Shown here: positions 32,119 through 40,848 of the stretch, one piece after another
Position numbering within the stretch: the stretch's first letter is position 1
Layout: every line of letters begins with the position of its first letter
Source of the DNA: Candidatus Avoscillospira avicola
GTDB taxonomy: Bacteria > Bacillota > Clostridia > Oscillospirales > Oscillospiraceae
Length of the DNA stretch: 64,000 nucleotides
Assembly: GCA_018712245.1 (NCBI GenBank)
Contig: DVHE01000056.1
Location: 16,980-80,979 of the forward strand
Direction of reading: 5' to 3'
Translations under genes and position numbers: made by a program
Notes under the pieces: model-generated
What the model saw: the letters and a program-made list of their open reading frames with translations, nothing else
What the model was told of the DNA's origin: nothing
Database searches by the model: none

Positions 32119-33060
32119 CTAGTTGGTCTGCTCCAGGAGTTTCAGGACGAACGCCCGCAGCAGTATGATATTTTGTTCTTCCAATATGGTATCCCGTTTG
32201 GTGTGGATTCTACCGAGATAATAGATGCCGTGGCGGGTTTTCCGCATGGCGGCGATGCCCACGCCCAAGGGGAATTGGGCCTGATCGGAGGGATAGAAGC
32301 CGAACTGATCCCAGATTACCAGCTCCTTCTCCCCTGCCGGGCCGGCAGCGGCCTGGAGCCGCTCAAACAAGGCGCGGTCCCGTTTGACTTTGGCTTTTGG
32401 GAAAAAGAGAAGATGGTCCCCATCGCCTACGCAGTCAAAGTTCAGCACCAGCTGCCCCTGAGAGGCCTTTCGGTGGGCCTTGCGGTAAGAGGCAGAGCCA
32501 AAAAGTCCGGCTTCCTCCAGATCGAAAAGGACGAAGCAGACCTGGGCGCGTTGCTCCTCCGGCAGCGCCGCCATCAGATCCAGCACCGTCAGGACACCGG
32601 AGGAATTATCGTTGGCATTGGTGGGATTAGCCGGGCCGAAAAGCAGCAGGTAAAGGAAAAGCAGAAACAGCACTTCCGCCGTGACACTGGCCACCAGCGG
32701 TCCCCGCATCAAAATGCCAACCGCAATGCCGATGGCGCAGGGTACCAGGATGAGAACGGCGCAAAGCAGCAGCTGGTAGAGAAGATAGATACTCAAATGG
32801 CAAGGTGTGATAAAATTGGGAAAAGGCAGCCGGGCGCAGGTATCATAGTGGGCGGTGACGAGATACGCCGCCGCGTCCGGATTTCCAAAGACGATATTTT
32901 TTGCGCCGAAGGCACCGGATTCCACCGTGCCCGTATAGCCCCGTGCTGCTCCATAGCGCAGCGCGGCCTCGCGGAACGCGGCCTTCTGCTTTTTGGACTT
33001 TCGCACAGGGAACTGGTCTATGAGTTCTCTGCCGTACAGCACATCATCGCCCCCTTTCAA
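32119..33060 (-). CDS. M28-family metallopeptidase with inserted transmembrane segments
   Basis: AHYDT, NDNSSGV, FDLEEAGLFGS and FDCVGDGD are M28 zinc-ligand-type blocks. A hydrophobic insert splits the fold. A GTG at 33042, preceded by AAGGGGG, may be the true start. Confidence 0.7.
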   Translation of the reverse strand: MKGGDDVLYGRELIDQFPVRKSKKQKAAFREAALRYGAARGYTGTVESGAFGAKNIVFGNPDAAAYLVTAHYDTCARLPFPNFITPCHLSIYLLYQLLLCAVLILVPCAIGIAVGILMRGPLVASVTAEVLFLLFLYLLLFGPANPTNANDNSSGVLTVLDLMAALPEEQRAQVCFVLFDLEEAGLFGSASYRKAHRKASQGQLVLNFDCVGDGDHLLFFPKAKVKRDRALFERLQAAAGPAGEKELVIWDQFGFYPSDQAQFPLGVGIAAMRKTRHGIYYLGRIHTKRDTILEEQNIILLRAFVLKLLEQTN

Positions 33061-33069
33061 GATTGAGAT

Positions 33070-33384
33070 TTAATCCATCAGACGCACCCCGCAGTGGGGG
33101 CATCTGGCGTCATCGATTTCGTGGAGCTGACTGCAATGAGGACACGGTGCCTGGGCAATGCCGCTGCCCGCAGCTGCGGATTCAGAATCTACAGCATAAA
33201 ACTCCAGCTTCCGGCAGGCGTCACAGCAATAAACTTCCACTTCCAGTGAGCCGGAAACCAGATTGATCAGACTGCCAAGCAGCAAACCGTATTGCCCCAG
33301 CTGGAGCTTTTCCGCACTCACAAATTCCATATTACCGCCGCATCGAAGGCACTTGAAATTGGATTTTCGCTGCGATTCACCCAT
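33070..33384 (-). CDS. 104-aa double zinc-ribbon protein
   Basis: Starts MGESQRKSNFKCLRCGG (ATG 33382..33384). Four CxxC pairs (CLRC, CDAC, CPHC, CPHC). First gene after the T-box terminator. Confidence 0.6.
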   Translation of the reverse strand: MGESQRKSNFKCLRCGGNMEFVSAEKLQLGQYGLLLGSLINLVSGSLEVEVYCCDACRKLEFYAVDSESAAAGSGIAQAPCPHCSQLHEIDDARCPHCGVRLMD

Positions 33385-33632
33385 AAAAAAGCCCTCTGTC
33401 TGACGACAGAGGGCGAAAACTCGCGGTACCACCTCAGGTTCGCCGCAGCCTCGCGGGTGCGGCCTCACGGAGTCGGAGACTCCCGGCTGTAACGGGCCAC
33501 CCGGCGCACCCTACTCTTCGTTCAGGCCGCTGCTCCAAGGCGTATTCGGGCAGGACGTCCGCCTCCTTGCACCAACCGGAGGCTCTCTTCAGGGCGCGAT
33601 CTGCCGTACTGTTCCTTTTCCTCGCATGTATC
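33385..33632 (-). promoter_or_regulatory. T-box riboswitch leader, tyrosine specifier (UAC)
   Basis: Minus strand shows AGAGAG (complement of 33581..33590), distal GGUUGGUGCAAGG, and GAA-UAC-G specifier (codon at 33542..33544). T-box sequence GGUGGUACCGCG is at 33422..33433. Terminator stem 33391..33414 plus U6 (33385..33390). Confidence 0.85.
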
Positions 33633-33638
33633 GACATC

Positions 33639-33667
33639 ATAGTAGCAGAAACCAGCCGGTTTGTCAA
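33639..33667 (-). promoter_or_regulatory. sigma-A promoter of the T-box operon
   Basis: Minus strand: TTGACA (33662..33667), 17 nt, TACTAT (33639..33644). Confidence 0.6.
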
Positions 33668-33818
33668 TCGGATATCCGCCGGTTCATGGCTATTGTGGAC
33701 GTAGGGCAGGTGCGCTGCGCCCGACAGGTCTGCGGGCCGATGTGGGCATCGGCCCCTACGAAGCAGAGCCATTGAACCTCGGTGGGATCGGAACCCAGTC
33801 CTGGGCGGCTTGCGGGGG

Positions 33819-35480
33819 CTATTTTCTATCCGATTGCAGCATCTCCTCGGCGCTGCGGAGGGTGGTTTCCGTGATTTCGGCGCCGCCGATGATCCGGGCG
33901 ATCTCCCGGGTGCGTCCGGCCCGGTCCAACGGCGTCACCTGGGTATAGGTCCTCCCCTGCCGCTCCGACTTGGCGATCAGCAAGTGAACGTCCGCTGCCG
34001 CGGTGATTTGGGGCAAGTGGGTCACGCAGAGGACCTGCTTGCTCCGAGACACGGACCGGAGCTTTTCCGCCACCTTCTGGGCGGCCCGTCCGCTGACACC
34101 GGCGTCCACCTCGTCAAAAATCAGGGTGCCCACCTGGTCTTGCTCCGCCAGGACGTTCTTGATGGCCAGCATGATCCGCGCCAGCTCGCCGCCGGAGGCC
34201 ACCTTGCTTAAAGGCTTCAGCGCCTCGCCCACGTTGGCGGTCATCAAAAAGCGCAGCTGGTCGATGCCGCTGGGGCCCAGTGGCTGCTCTGTCAGCTCGC
34301 AGATAAACTGCGCCCGGGGCATATCCAGTGCCGCCAGCTCCTGGGAAAGCCGCGTCTCCATGGCCTGGGCGGCGTTCTGCCGCGTCTGTCGCAGCTGCAG
34401 GCCCAGCCGCTGGGCTTCCTCCGTGGCGGCCTGCAGCGCTGCCTCCAGCTGTTCCAGCCGCTCCTCGGAGAAGGTGATCTCGTCTAGCTCCGTCTGGGCC
34501 CGCTGTGCGTACTCTAAAATCTCCTCCACACTGCCGCCGTATTTGCGCCGCAGCCGGTGCAGCACATCCAGGCGGCTTTCGATCTGCTCCAGCTCCTCGC
34601 CGGAATAGGCCAGCTGCTCCAGCCGCTCCCGGATTTCCCCCGCCACATCGGAAAGTTCGATCTGAACGGTGCCGAGCCGCTCCGAGAGGGCGGCGATGGC
34701 GTCGTCATAGCGGGCGATGCGCGAGAGGGTGTGCGCCGCCTCTCCGGTGAGGTCCGCGGCGCCGGACTGATCGTCGCCGCCACTCAGGGCGTCCAGCGCC
34801 ATGGCCAAGTGTTCCGATAGCTTTTGGGCGTTCTGCAGGAGCTTGCGCCGCTGCTCCAGGGTCTCGTCTTCGCCGGGCTGGAGCCTTGCCCGCTGGATTT
34901 CTTCCAGCTGGTACTGGAGGGCCTCCACCCGCCGCAGCTTTTCACCCTCGTCCATGGTGAGGCGCTCTTTTTCCTGCCGCAAAGCGGCAACCTGCTCGTA
35001 GGCCCTCTCATAGGCCTCCCGCGCTGGGGCGTTCTGGGCAAACAGATCCAGATACGAAAGGTGCTTCGTCTCGTCAAAGAGCTGCTGCGAGTCGTGCTGG
35101 CCGTGGATGTTGACCAGCTGTCCGCCCAGCTTCTTGAGGATGGCTACGGTGACGGGCCTTCCATTGACGCGGCAGACGTTTTTGCCGTCGCCATAGATCT
35201 CCCGCTGCACCAAAAGCTCGCCCGGCTCATAGTCCACACGGTTTTCCTGGAACCACGAAAGCTCCGGCACATCGGTAAACACGGCGCCGACGAAGGCGCG
35301 GTCCGTCCCAGTACGGATGACGTCCCGGTAAGTCCGCTCTCCCAGGATGGCCGAGATGGCGTCGATCACGATGGATTTACCGGCGCCGGTCTCGCCGGTC
35401 AGGACGTTGAAGCCCCGGTCAAAGGCAATCTCCGCCTGCTCGATGACGGCGATATTTTCGATGTGGAGTAAGCTCAGCAT
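33819..35480 (-). CDS. recN: DNA repair protein RecN
   Basis: MLSLLHIENIAVIEQAEIAFDRGFNVLTGETGAGKSI (Walker A), long coiled-coil, C-terminal SGGELARIMLA and LIFDEVDAG. Confidence 0.95.
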   Translation of the reverse strand: MLSLLHIENIAVIEQAEIAFDRGFNVLTGETGAGKSIVIDAISAILGERTYRDVIRTGTDRAFVGAVFTDVPELSWFQENRVDYEPGELLVQREIYGDGKNVCRVNGRPVTVAILKKLGGQLVNIHGQHDSQQLFDETKHLSYLDLFAQNAPAREAYERAYEQVAALRQEKERLTMDEGEKLRRVEALQYQLEEIQRARLQPGEDETLEQRRKLLQNAQKLSEHLAMALDALSGGDDQSGAADLTGEAAHTLSRIARYDDAIAALSERLGTVQIELSDVAGEIRERLEQLAYSGEELEQIESRLDVLHRLRRKYGGSVEEILEYAQRAQTELDEITFSEERLEQLEAALQAATEEAQRLGLQLRQTRQNAAQAMETRLSQELAALDMPRAQFICELTEQPLGPSGIDQLRFLMTANVGEALKPLSKVASGGELARIMLAIKNVLAEQDQVGTLIFDEVDAGVSGRAAQKVAEKLRSVSRSKQVLCVTHLPQITAAADVHLLIAKSERQGRTYTQVTPLDRAGRTREIARIIGGAEITETTLRSAEEMLQSDRK

Positions 35481-35499
35481 ACGCCCGCCTCCCGGTCCG

Positions 35500-35952
35500 T
35501 CAGTTGATCTGCTTTTTGATATCGGCGCAGAGGGCCGCCGCGGAAGTCGTGTCCCGCATCAGTAAAAACGCCGTGTCATCCCCGGCCAGGGTGCCGACGA
35601 TCATGTCCAAATTCATGGAATCCATGGCGGAGCAGGCGGCGGAGGCCAGCCCCGGCATCGTCTTCATCGCCACAATGTTCTGCGCATAGTCGCAAGAAAC
35701 CACGCACTGGCGGAAAATACTGTGGAGCTTGGCGGAGGCGTTGGTCTCCAGCTGCTTGGGAACAGCGCTGTAGCGATAGCTGCCGTTTTCCCCCAGCTCC
35801 TTGATGATACGCAGTTCTTTGATGTCCCGCGAGATCGTAGCCTGAGTGGTAGCAAAACCGCAAGCCTCCAGTTCCTGAAGGAGCTGCTCCTGGGTTTCGA
35901 TATCCTTGCTTTCGATCAGTTCCAATATTTTGGCTTGTCTGTTGGGTTTCAT
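35500..35952 (-). CDS. argR: arginine repressor
   Basis: MKPNRQAKILELIESKDIETQEQLLQELEACGFATTQATISRDIKEL and C-terminal GTLAGDDT. Confidence 0.9.
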   Translation of the reverse strand: MKPNRQAKILELIESKDIETQEQLLQELEACGFATTQATISRDIKELRIIKELGENGSYRYSAVPKQLETNASAKLHSIFRQCVVSCDYAQNIVAMKTMPGLASAACSAMDSMNLDMIVGTLAGDDTAFLLMRDTTSAAALCADIKKQIN

Positions 35953-35963
35953 GGCTCAGCTCC

Positions 35964-36824
35964 TCAGGGAATATAAAATTTATTGTTGATAATCTCGTAA
36001 AAGCTGGTGTCCTTCAGCCGGATCAGGCGCGTTTCCTGCTCTGCCTTGCGAATCGTCACCACATCGCCCAAATTGAGGCGGTATGCCTTGCCGCCGTCCA
36101 CGGACAAGAAGGCGTTCCGCCGCCCCAACTTGCTGAGCTTGACGGAAATGGTGCGCCAAGGCGCTGTGACGATGCTCTTGGCCTGGATGGCGTGGGCGCA
36201 GATGGGGGTGATCAGGATATTCTGGGCAGAGGGCTCCACGATGGGGCCGCCTGCGGACATGGAATAAGCTGTGGATCCGGTGGGCGTGCTGACGATGACG
36301 CCGTCGCCCGCAAAAGAGGTGGCTTCCACGCCGTCGCACTCCACCGAGAGCTGGATCACCCGCGCCACAGCGCCCTTGGTGATGGCTGCGTCGTTGAGGG
36401 CGATCTCGTCAAACGTCACCTTGCCCTCGCTGCGCACCGTGGCCCGGAGCATCATCCGCTTTTCCACCCGGTAGTCGTTGGCGGGCAGCCGCGCCAGAAG
36501 CGGCAGCTCGCTGGCCTCCAGCTCCGCCATAAAGCCCATGGTGCCGATGTTGACGCCCAGAATCGGTACATGGTGGCGGGTGGCGATTTTGGAGGCATGG
36601 AGGATGGTGCCGTCGCCGCCGAAGCAGATGAGCATATCCGCCGACTTGATCTCCCGGTGGATGTCGTGGAACTTGACGGTTTTGGGCAGCTCGAAGTTCT
36701 TGTCCACGTCAAAGGGCAGGCAAATCCGCGTCTCGACGCCGGCCTCTTGGAGGATGGCGACGGCCTGCTCCACATACTTAAAATTCCGATCCCGATAGGG
36801 ATTGGGGGTCATGACAATTTTCAT
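35964..36824 (-). CDS. nadK: NAD(+) kinase
   Basis: GGDGTIL motif, NIGTMGF, and TPTGSTAYSMSAGGPIV. Confidence 0.9.
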   Translation of the reverse strand: MKIVMTPNPYRDRNFKYVEQAVAILQEAGVETRICLPFDVDKNFELPKTVKFHDIHREIKSADMLICFGGDGTILHASKIATRHHVPILGVNIGTMGFMAELEASELPLLARLPANDYRVEKRMMLRATVRSEGKVTFDEIALNDAAITKGAVARVIQLSVECDGVEATSFAGDGVIVSTPTGSTAYSMSAGGPIVEPSAQNILITPICAHAIQAKSIVTAPWRTISVKLSKLGRRNAFLSVDGGKAYRLNLGDVVTIRKAEQETRLIRLKDTSFYEIINNKFYIP

Positions 36825-36827
36825 ACG

Positions 36828-37634
36828 TCACCCCTTCAGCGCTGCATGGGCCTGGGCCACCAGGTCTGCGAGGTCCGGCACCCGGGATTCTCCGCCTGCC
36901 AGGGTGAGATGGGCCAAAAACTCAATGTTGCCCTCCGGCCCTTTGACCGGGGAAAACGTCAGGTTCAAAATGGAAAAGCGCAGCTCCCGGGCTGTTTCCA
37001 CAAAGGATTCCAGCACCTCCCGGTGAACTGCCGGGTCCCGAACGACGCCCTTCTTGCCGACCTTCTCCTTCCCAGCCTCAAACTGCGGTTTGATGAGGCA
37101 CAGCACCTGTCCCGTCTCTGGCTTGAGCAGGGCTCGAATCGCCGGCAGCACCAGCTTGAGGGAGATGAATGAAACGTCGATGACGGACAAGTCCAGCGGC
37201 TCTCCCAGCTGCTCCGGCGTGACATAGCGGATATTGGTCCGCTCCATGGTGACGACCCGGGGATCGCTGCGGATTTTCCAGGCCAGCTGGCCATAGCCCA
37301 CGTCAATGGCAAAGACCTTCCTGGCCCCTTGCTGCAGCAGGCAGTCGGTGAAGCCACCGGTGGAGGCGCCGGAGTCGCTGCAAACGAAACCGGTGGGGTC
37401 CACGCCGAAGTCCCGCAGCGCCTTCTCCAGCTTCAAACCGCCGCGGCTTACATAGGGGCAGTGACCGCCGCGCACTTCAATCTGCGCTTCGCCGCCGTAA
37501 GATGCGCCGGGTTTGTCGGCCTTTTGGCCGTCCACAAAGACCTCGCCGCTCATAATGATGGCCTGGGCCTTGGCGCGGCTCTCCGCCAGGCCGCGCTCTA
37601 CCAGCAAAACGTCCAAGCGCTCTTTATGCTTCAT
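36828..37634 (-). CDS. tlyA: TlyA-family rRNA 2'-O-methyltransferase
   Basis: S4-like N-terminus RLDVLLVERGLAESRAKAQ, and SAM motif DSGASTGGFTDCLLQ. Confidence 0.85.
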   Translation of the reverse strand: MKHKERLDVLLVERGLAESRAKAQAIIMSGEVFVDGQKADKPGASYGGEAQIEVRGGHCPYVSRGGLKLEKALRDFGVDPTGFVCSDSGASTGGFTDCLLQQGARKVFAIDVGYGQLAWKIRSDPRVVTMERTNIRYVTPEQLGEPLDLSVIDVSFISLKLVLPAIRALLKPETGQVLCLIKPQFEAGKEKVGKKGVVRDPAVHREVLESFVETARELRFSILNLTFSPVKGPEGNIEFLAHLTLAGGESRVPDLADLVAQAHAALKG

Positions 37635-39471
37635 GGGCTGTCAGCTCCTTTGCCGCTTGATAAATGCCGCCCTCATCCAATCCGGTGCGGCGGCGCAGCA
37701 GAGCTACCGCGCCGTGGGGGACGATTCCGGACCGTAAATTGAGAAGCCTTGCCTTTCGGGGGCAGCAGCCCTGCCTGGAGAGCTGGGCCAGTAGTTCCAC
37801 GCCGATGCAGCCGGCTTCCGCGGCCTCCTCCACGACCAGCAGATGCCGGCTTTTCTCCAGGGAGGAAAGCACCGCGTCCAGCGAAAGCGGCGCAATGCGA
37901 TCCAGCTTGATGACGTCCGCCAGAATGCGCTCCTGCCGGAGATGTTCCGCCGCTGCCAGGCAGTCGTTGACATTGATGCCGTAAGTGACGATGGTCAGCG
38001 CCGGATGCGCCCAACGTCTGTCTTCCCAGAATTCGGCTTGATAAGCGCCGTCGCCGCCCCGGGGGTATCGCACCGCCACGGGGCCGCTCTCTTGGAGGAG
38101 CGCCGTGGTCAGCATTCTTCTGAGTTCCGCCTGGCTGGCGGGGCAATAGATCGTCATGCCGGGAATCTGCCGGAGGTAGCCCACATCGAATACGCCGTGG
38201 TGCGTCTCGCCGTCCTCCCCCACCAGGCCGGCCCGGTCCACTGCCAGCACCACATGAAGCCCCAAGAGCCCGACATCCTGCTGGAGCATATCGTAGCTCC
38301 GCTGCAAAAAAGTGGAGTACACCGCGAAGACGGGCAGCATCCCCTGCTTGGCAAGGCCTGCCGCCATGGAGACTGCGTGCCCTTCCGCAATGCCGACGTC
38401 AAAAAAGCGGTCTTTCAACTGGCCGGCAAAGGTGGAAAGGCCGGTACCCTGCTCCATGGCAGCTGTGATGGCGCAGATTCGCGGATCTGTCCGGGCCAAT
38501 TCCAGCAGCGTGCCGCCAAAGGTCTCCGAAAAGCTCTTCCCGCCGGAGGGGGTTCCCACGCCTGTCACGGGGTTGAAGCGCCCGACGCCGTGGTATTTGG
38601 AGGGCGTGGCCTCGGCGGGGATGTAGCCCTTGCCCTTTTTGGTAATCACATGCAGGAGAACAGGGCCGCCCATGGACTTGGCCTCCCGCAAAAGAAACGT
38701 CAGCTTTTGCACGTCGTGCCCATCCACCGGGCCAAGATAGGAAAAGCCCATTTCCTCAAAAATGGTCACACCGATCAAGCGGCGGCGCATTCTGGTTTTG
38801 AGGCCATGGGTAAAGCGATACAGCAGCCGACCTCCGGGGATCTTTTGCGTCAGCTGTCGATAGGCTTTTTTCAAACCAAAATAGCCGGGCTTGAGCCGCA
38901 GCAGCTTCAAGTGCCGGGCGATGGCGCCCACATTCGACGTGATGGACATCCCGTTGTCGTTGAGGACCACCACCAGCGGCTCGCCGCTGGCGCCTGCATC
39001 GTTAAGGCCTTCGTAGGAAAGGCCGCCGGTCAGAGCGCCGTCTCCCAGGACGGCTACCACGTCGTAATCCGCTTGCTGAAGCGTCCTGGCCCTGGCCATG
39101 CCCAGGGCCACAGAGACGGCCTCCGAAGCGTGCCCGGCAATGAAAGCGTCGTGCGGACTTTCCGACGGCTTGGGGAAACCGGCGAGGCCGCCGTAAGTGC
39201 GCATCGTTGAAAAGCGGTCCATCCGCCCGGTCAAAATCTTATGAACATAGGACTGGTGCCCCACATCAAAGAGGAGCCGGTCCGTCTGCGTATCATAAAC
39301 CTTGTGCAGCGCCACAGTCAATTCCACCACGCCCAGGTTGGAGGCCAGGTGGCCGCCGGTTCTTGCGATGTGCCGCACAAGAAATTCACGGATCTCCTCG
39401 CAGAGCTGCCGGTCTTGCGCCGGCGTCAGCTGCAGAAGATCCGCTCTGGAATTGAGTTGGGATAAAAGCAT
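37624..39471 (-). CDS. dxs: 1-deoxy-D-xylulose-5-phosphate synthase
   Basis: 615 aa. GGHLASNLGVVELTVALH, GDGALTGG, AEGHAVSMAAG. Confidence 0.95.
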   Translation of the reverse strand: MLLSQLNSRADLLQLTPAQDRQLCEEIREFLVRHIARTGGHLASNLGVVELTVALHKVYDTQTDRLLFDVGHQSYVHKILTGRMDRFSTMRTYGGLAGFPKPSESPHDAFIAGHASEAVSVALGMARARTLQQADYDVVAVLGDGALTGGLSYEGLNDAGASGEPLVVVLNDNGMSITSNVGAIARHLKLLRLKPGYFGLKKAYRQLTQKIPGGRLLYRFTHGLKTRMRRRLIGVTIFEEMGFSYLGPVDGHDVQKLTFLLREAKSMGGPVLLHVITKKGKGYIPAEATPSKYHGVGRFNPVTGVGTPSGGKSFSETFGGTLLELARTDPRICAITAAMEQGTGLSTFAGQLKDRFFDVGIAEGHAVSMAAGLAKQGMLPVFAVYSTFLQRSYDMLQQDVGLLGLHVVLAVDRAGLVGEDGETHHGVFDVGYLRQIPGMTIYCPASQAELRRMLTTALLQESGPVAVRYPRGGDGAYQAEFWEDRRWAHPALTIVTYGINVNDCLAAAEHLRQERILADVIKLDRIAPLSLDAVLSSLEKSRHLLVVEEAAEAGCIGVELLAQLSRQGCCPRKARLLNLRSGIVPHGAVALLRRRTGLDEGGIYQAAKELTAHEA

Positions 39472-39483
39472 ATCTTTCCTCCA

Positions 39484-40077
39484 TCAATTCCGGCGAACAG
39501 TTTCCAAAATCCAGCGAGGCATAGACTTTACGCCATAAATCAGCTTGGCGGCGGCATGGATGATCATGGTGCTGTTTTTGATAGCGATGGACTTACCGAA
39601 GGCCTTTCCGCCCACAGTGAGGCCCGCCACAACGGCAGACATCAAAAGCTGCACCAGCTGACCAAGCCAGGACTCCATGCCGACAATGGCGCGGGCCGCA
39701 ATTACGGCGGAAGCCGAGCCGGAGATGACGCCGCAGATATCTCCCACCACGTCATTGCAGAAGGACGAAACCCGTTCAGCCCGGCGCAGGAGCTTGAGCG
39801 CTTCCCTGGCTTCCGGCACTTTTTTCGCGGCCATAGAGTGAAACGGCGTTTCATCCGCTGATGTGGCCGCCACGCCGATGATGTCAAAGAGAATGCCCAG
39901 CAGGATAATGGCCGTCAAAGCAACAAAGCTCAGCACCAGGCTGCCGGACAGCAGCTGATTGGAAAGGAAACTCATGGTGGCGGAAATACCGATGGTGGCG
40001 CCGAAAATTGTGGTGACCCAATGCCAATCAGGCTGAATTCGGAATTTGATTGATTTTTTTTCTTTCTTATCCTTCAC
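39484..40077 (-). CDS. oapA: OapA-like small polytopic membrane protein (OLE-associated protein A candidate)
   Basis: 197 aa with four hydrophobic segments. GTG start after GGAGG. Sits directly downstream of the large structured RNA and upstream of dxs, which is the position described for oapA. Confidence 0.55.
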   Translation of the reverse strand: MKDKKEKKSIKFRIQPDWHWVTTIFGATIGISATMSFLSNQLLSGSLVLSFVALTAIILLGILFDIIGVAATSADETPFHSMAAKKVPEAREALKLLRRAERVSSFCNDVVGDICGVISGSASAVIAARAIVGMESWLGQLVQLLMSAVVAGLTVGGKAFGKSIAIKNSTMIIHAAAKLIYGVKSMPRWILETVRRN

Positions 40078-40099
40078 AAATTGCCTCCAAAGAAAAATA

Positions 40100-40730
40100 A
40101 TGGCAGCAAATCAGGTTAATCTTACGGCTTAGGTCGGGTAGGATTTCCCCGGCGGCTGCTCCCCGTCGCCGTGGGAGCGGTTTCCCATGAAAGCCGCCGT
40201 CTTTCCGTTGCCGAGAAAGCAACCCGATTGCCACTGAGTCCGTACTGCAATCCCTGATTTGCTCTGTTAAGACAGCCTAGGTGATTTCCACAACAGCGTC
40301 CATCGACTCTTATCCTCTTTTGCAAGCAGGCTTTCGAGAGGCAATATCGCGCCTCGCCCCTGGCCTGGGGTCTGCGCGCCTGACACCTCTGTCCCGATCT
40401 GCTCACGCAAGGCAGGCTACGCTGTACACAGCGCTCCGGAAAGCCGTTGCACCGCGATACAGGTTCTCATCCTGCCTCGTACAGAGGTCGCTTTGACCGC
40501 TTGGGAGTACGCCTCTGCACAACAGCAGGTCTCCACAGCGGCAGGGTCGGGGTCTCCATGCCATTGGAGGCCGCCCTTCCGCCGCAGGCGTAATTGTTAC
40601 GCCTTCCTTCAGCACCCACCCCAAACTGGGCGTAAGAAGCAGGCACCAAAGGTTTCACAGTTATGCCCTTTAAAGGATTTTTAGGCCCTTCCTGGGAGCC
40701 GGGGATACTGACTAGGATACTGCGCCATTA
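40100..40730 (-). ncRNA. ole: OLE (ornate, large, extremophilic) RNA candidate; ends approximate
   Basis: About 630 nt with no credible ORF in an otherwise coding-dense region. Has its own promoter. Many local stems (e.g. 40587..40603, 40420..40433). Synteny with oapA-dxs-tlyA-nadK-argR-recN matches the published OLE locus. Not confirmed by a covariance model. Confidence 0.65.
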
Positions 40731-40737
40731 TTTTGTT

Positions 40738-40766
40738 AGTATAGCACATTATTCATGGATATACAA
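40738..40766 (-). promoter_or_regulatory. putative promoter of the OLE-oapA unit
   Basis: Minus strand: TTGTAT (40761..40766), 17 nt, TATACT (40738..40743), inside an AT-rich patch. Confidence 0.5.
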
Positions 40767-40800
40767 GAGGTATCCATTCTTTTGCCCAAAGCGCAGAAAG

Positions 40801-40831
40801 CACCCTGGCACAGAATGTCTGTGCCAGGGTG
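40801..40831 (-). terminator. 13-bp hairpin after ispH/rpsA
   Basis: CACCCTGGCACAG / CTGTGCCAGGGTG with loop AATGT. Followed on the minus strand by CUUUCUGCGCUUU. Confidence 0.6.
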
Positions 40832-40848
40832 CTGAAAGGCAGAGGGAA

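Noticed and set aside
33782-33798. tRNA T-arm-like motif (minus strand CTGGGTTCCGATCCCAC) downstream of recN, considered as a tRNA fragment or att-site remnant.
   Set aside because: There is no matching acceptor stem, anticodon arm or D-arm upstream (that sequence is the recN 3' end), and no integrase or mobile genes are nearby.
40122-40684. Five 63-94-aa ORFs on both strands inside the 40.1-40.7 kb gap.
   Set aside because: They have mutually overlapping frames, odd Arg/Cys/Pro composition and no RBS. The region is better explained as a structured RNA (OLE candidate).
40100-40730. Alternative identities for the large non-coding RNA: RNase P RNA, tmRNA, group II intron.
   Set aside because: I could not find the GAGGAAAGUCC-type RNase P core, the tmRNA 3' tRNA-like end (…UCCACCA context) or a tag ORF, nor an intron-encoded ORF or domain V. 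The synteny fits OLE instead. Still needs a covariance-model test.
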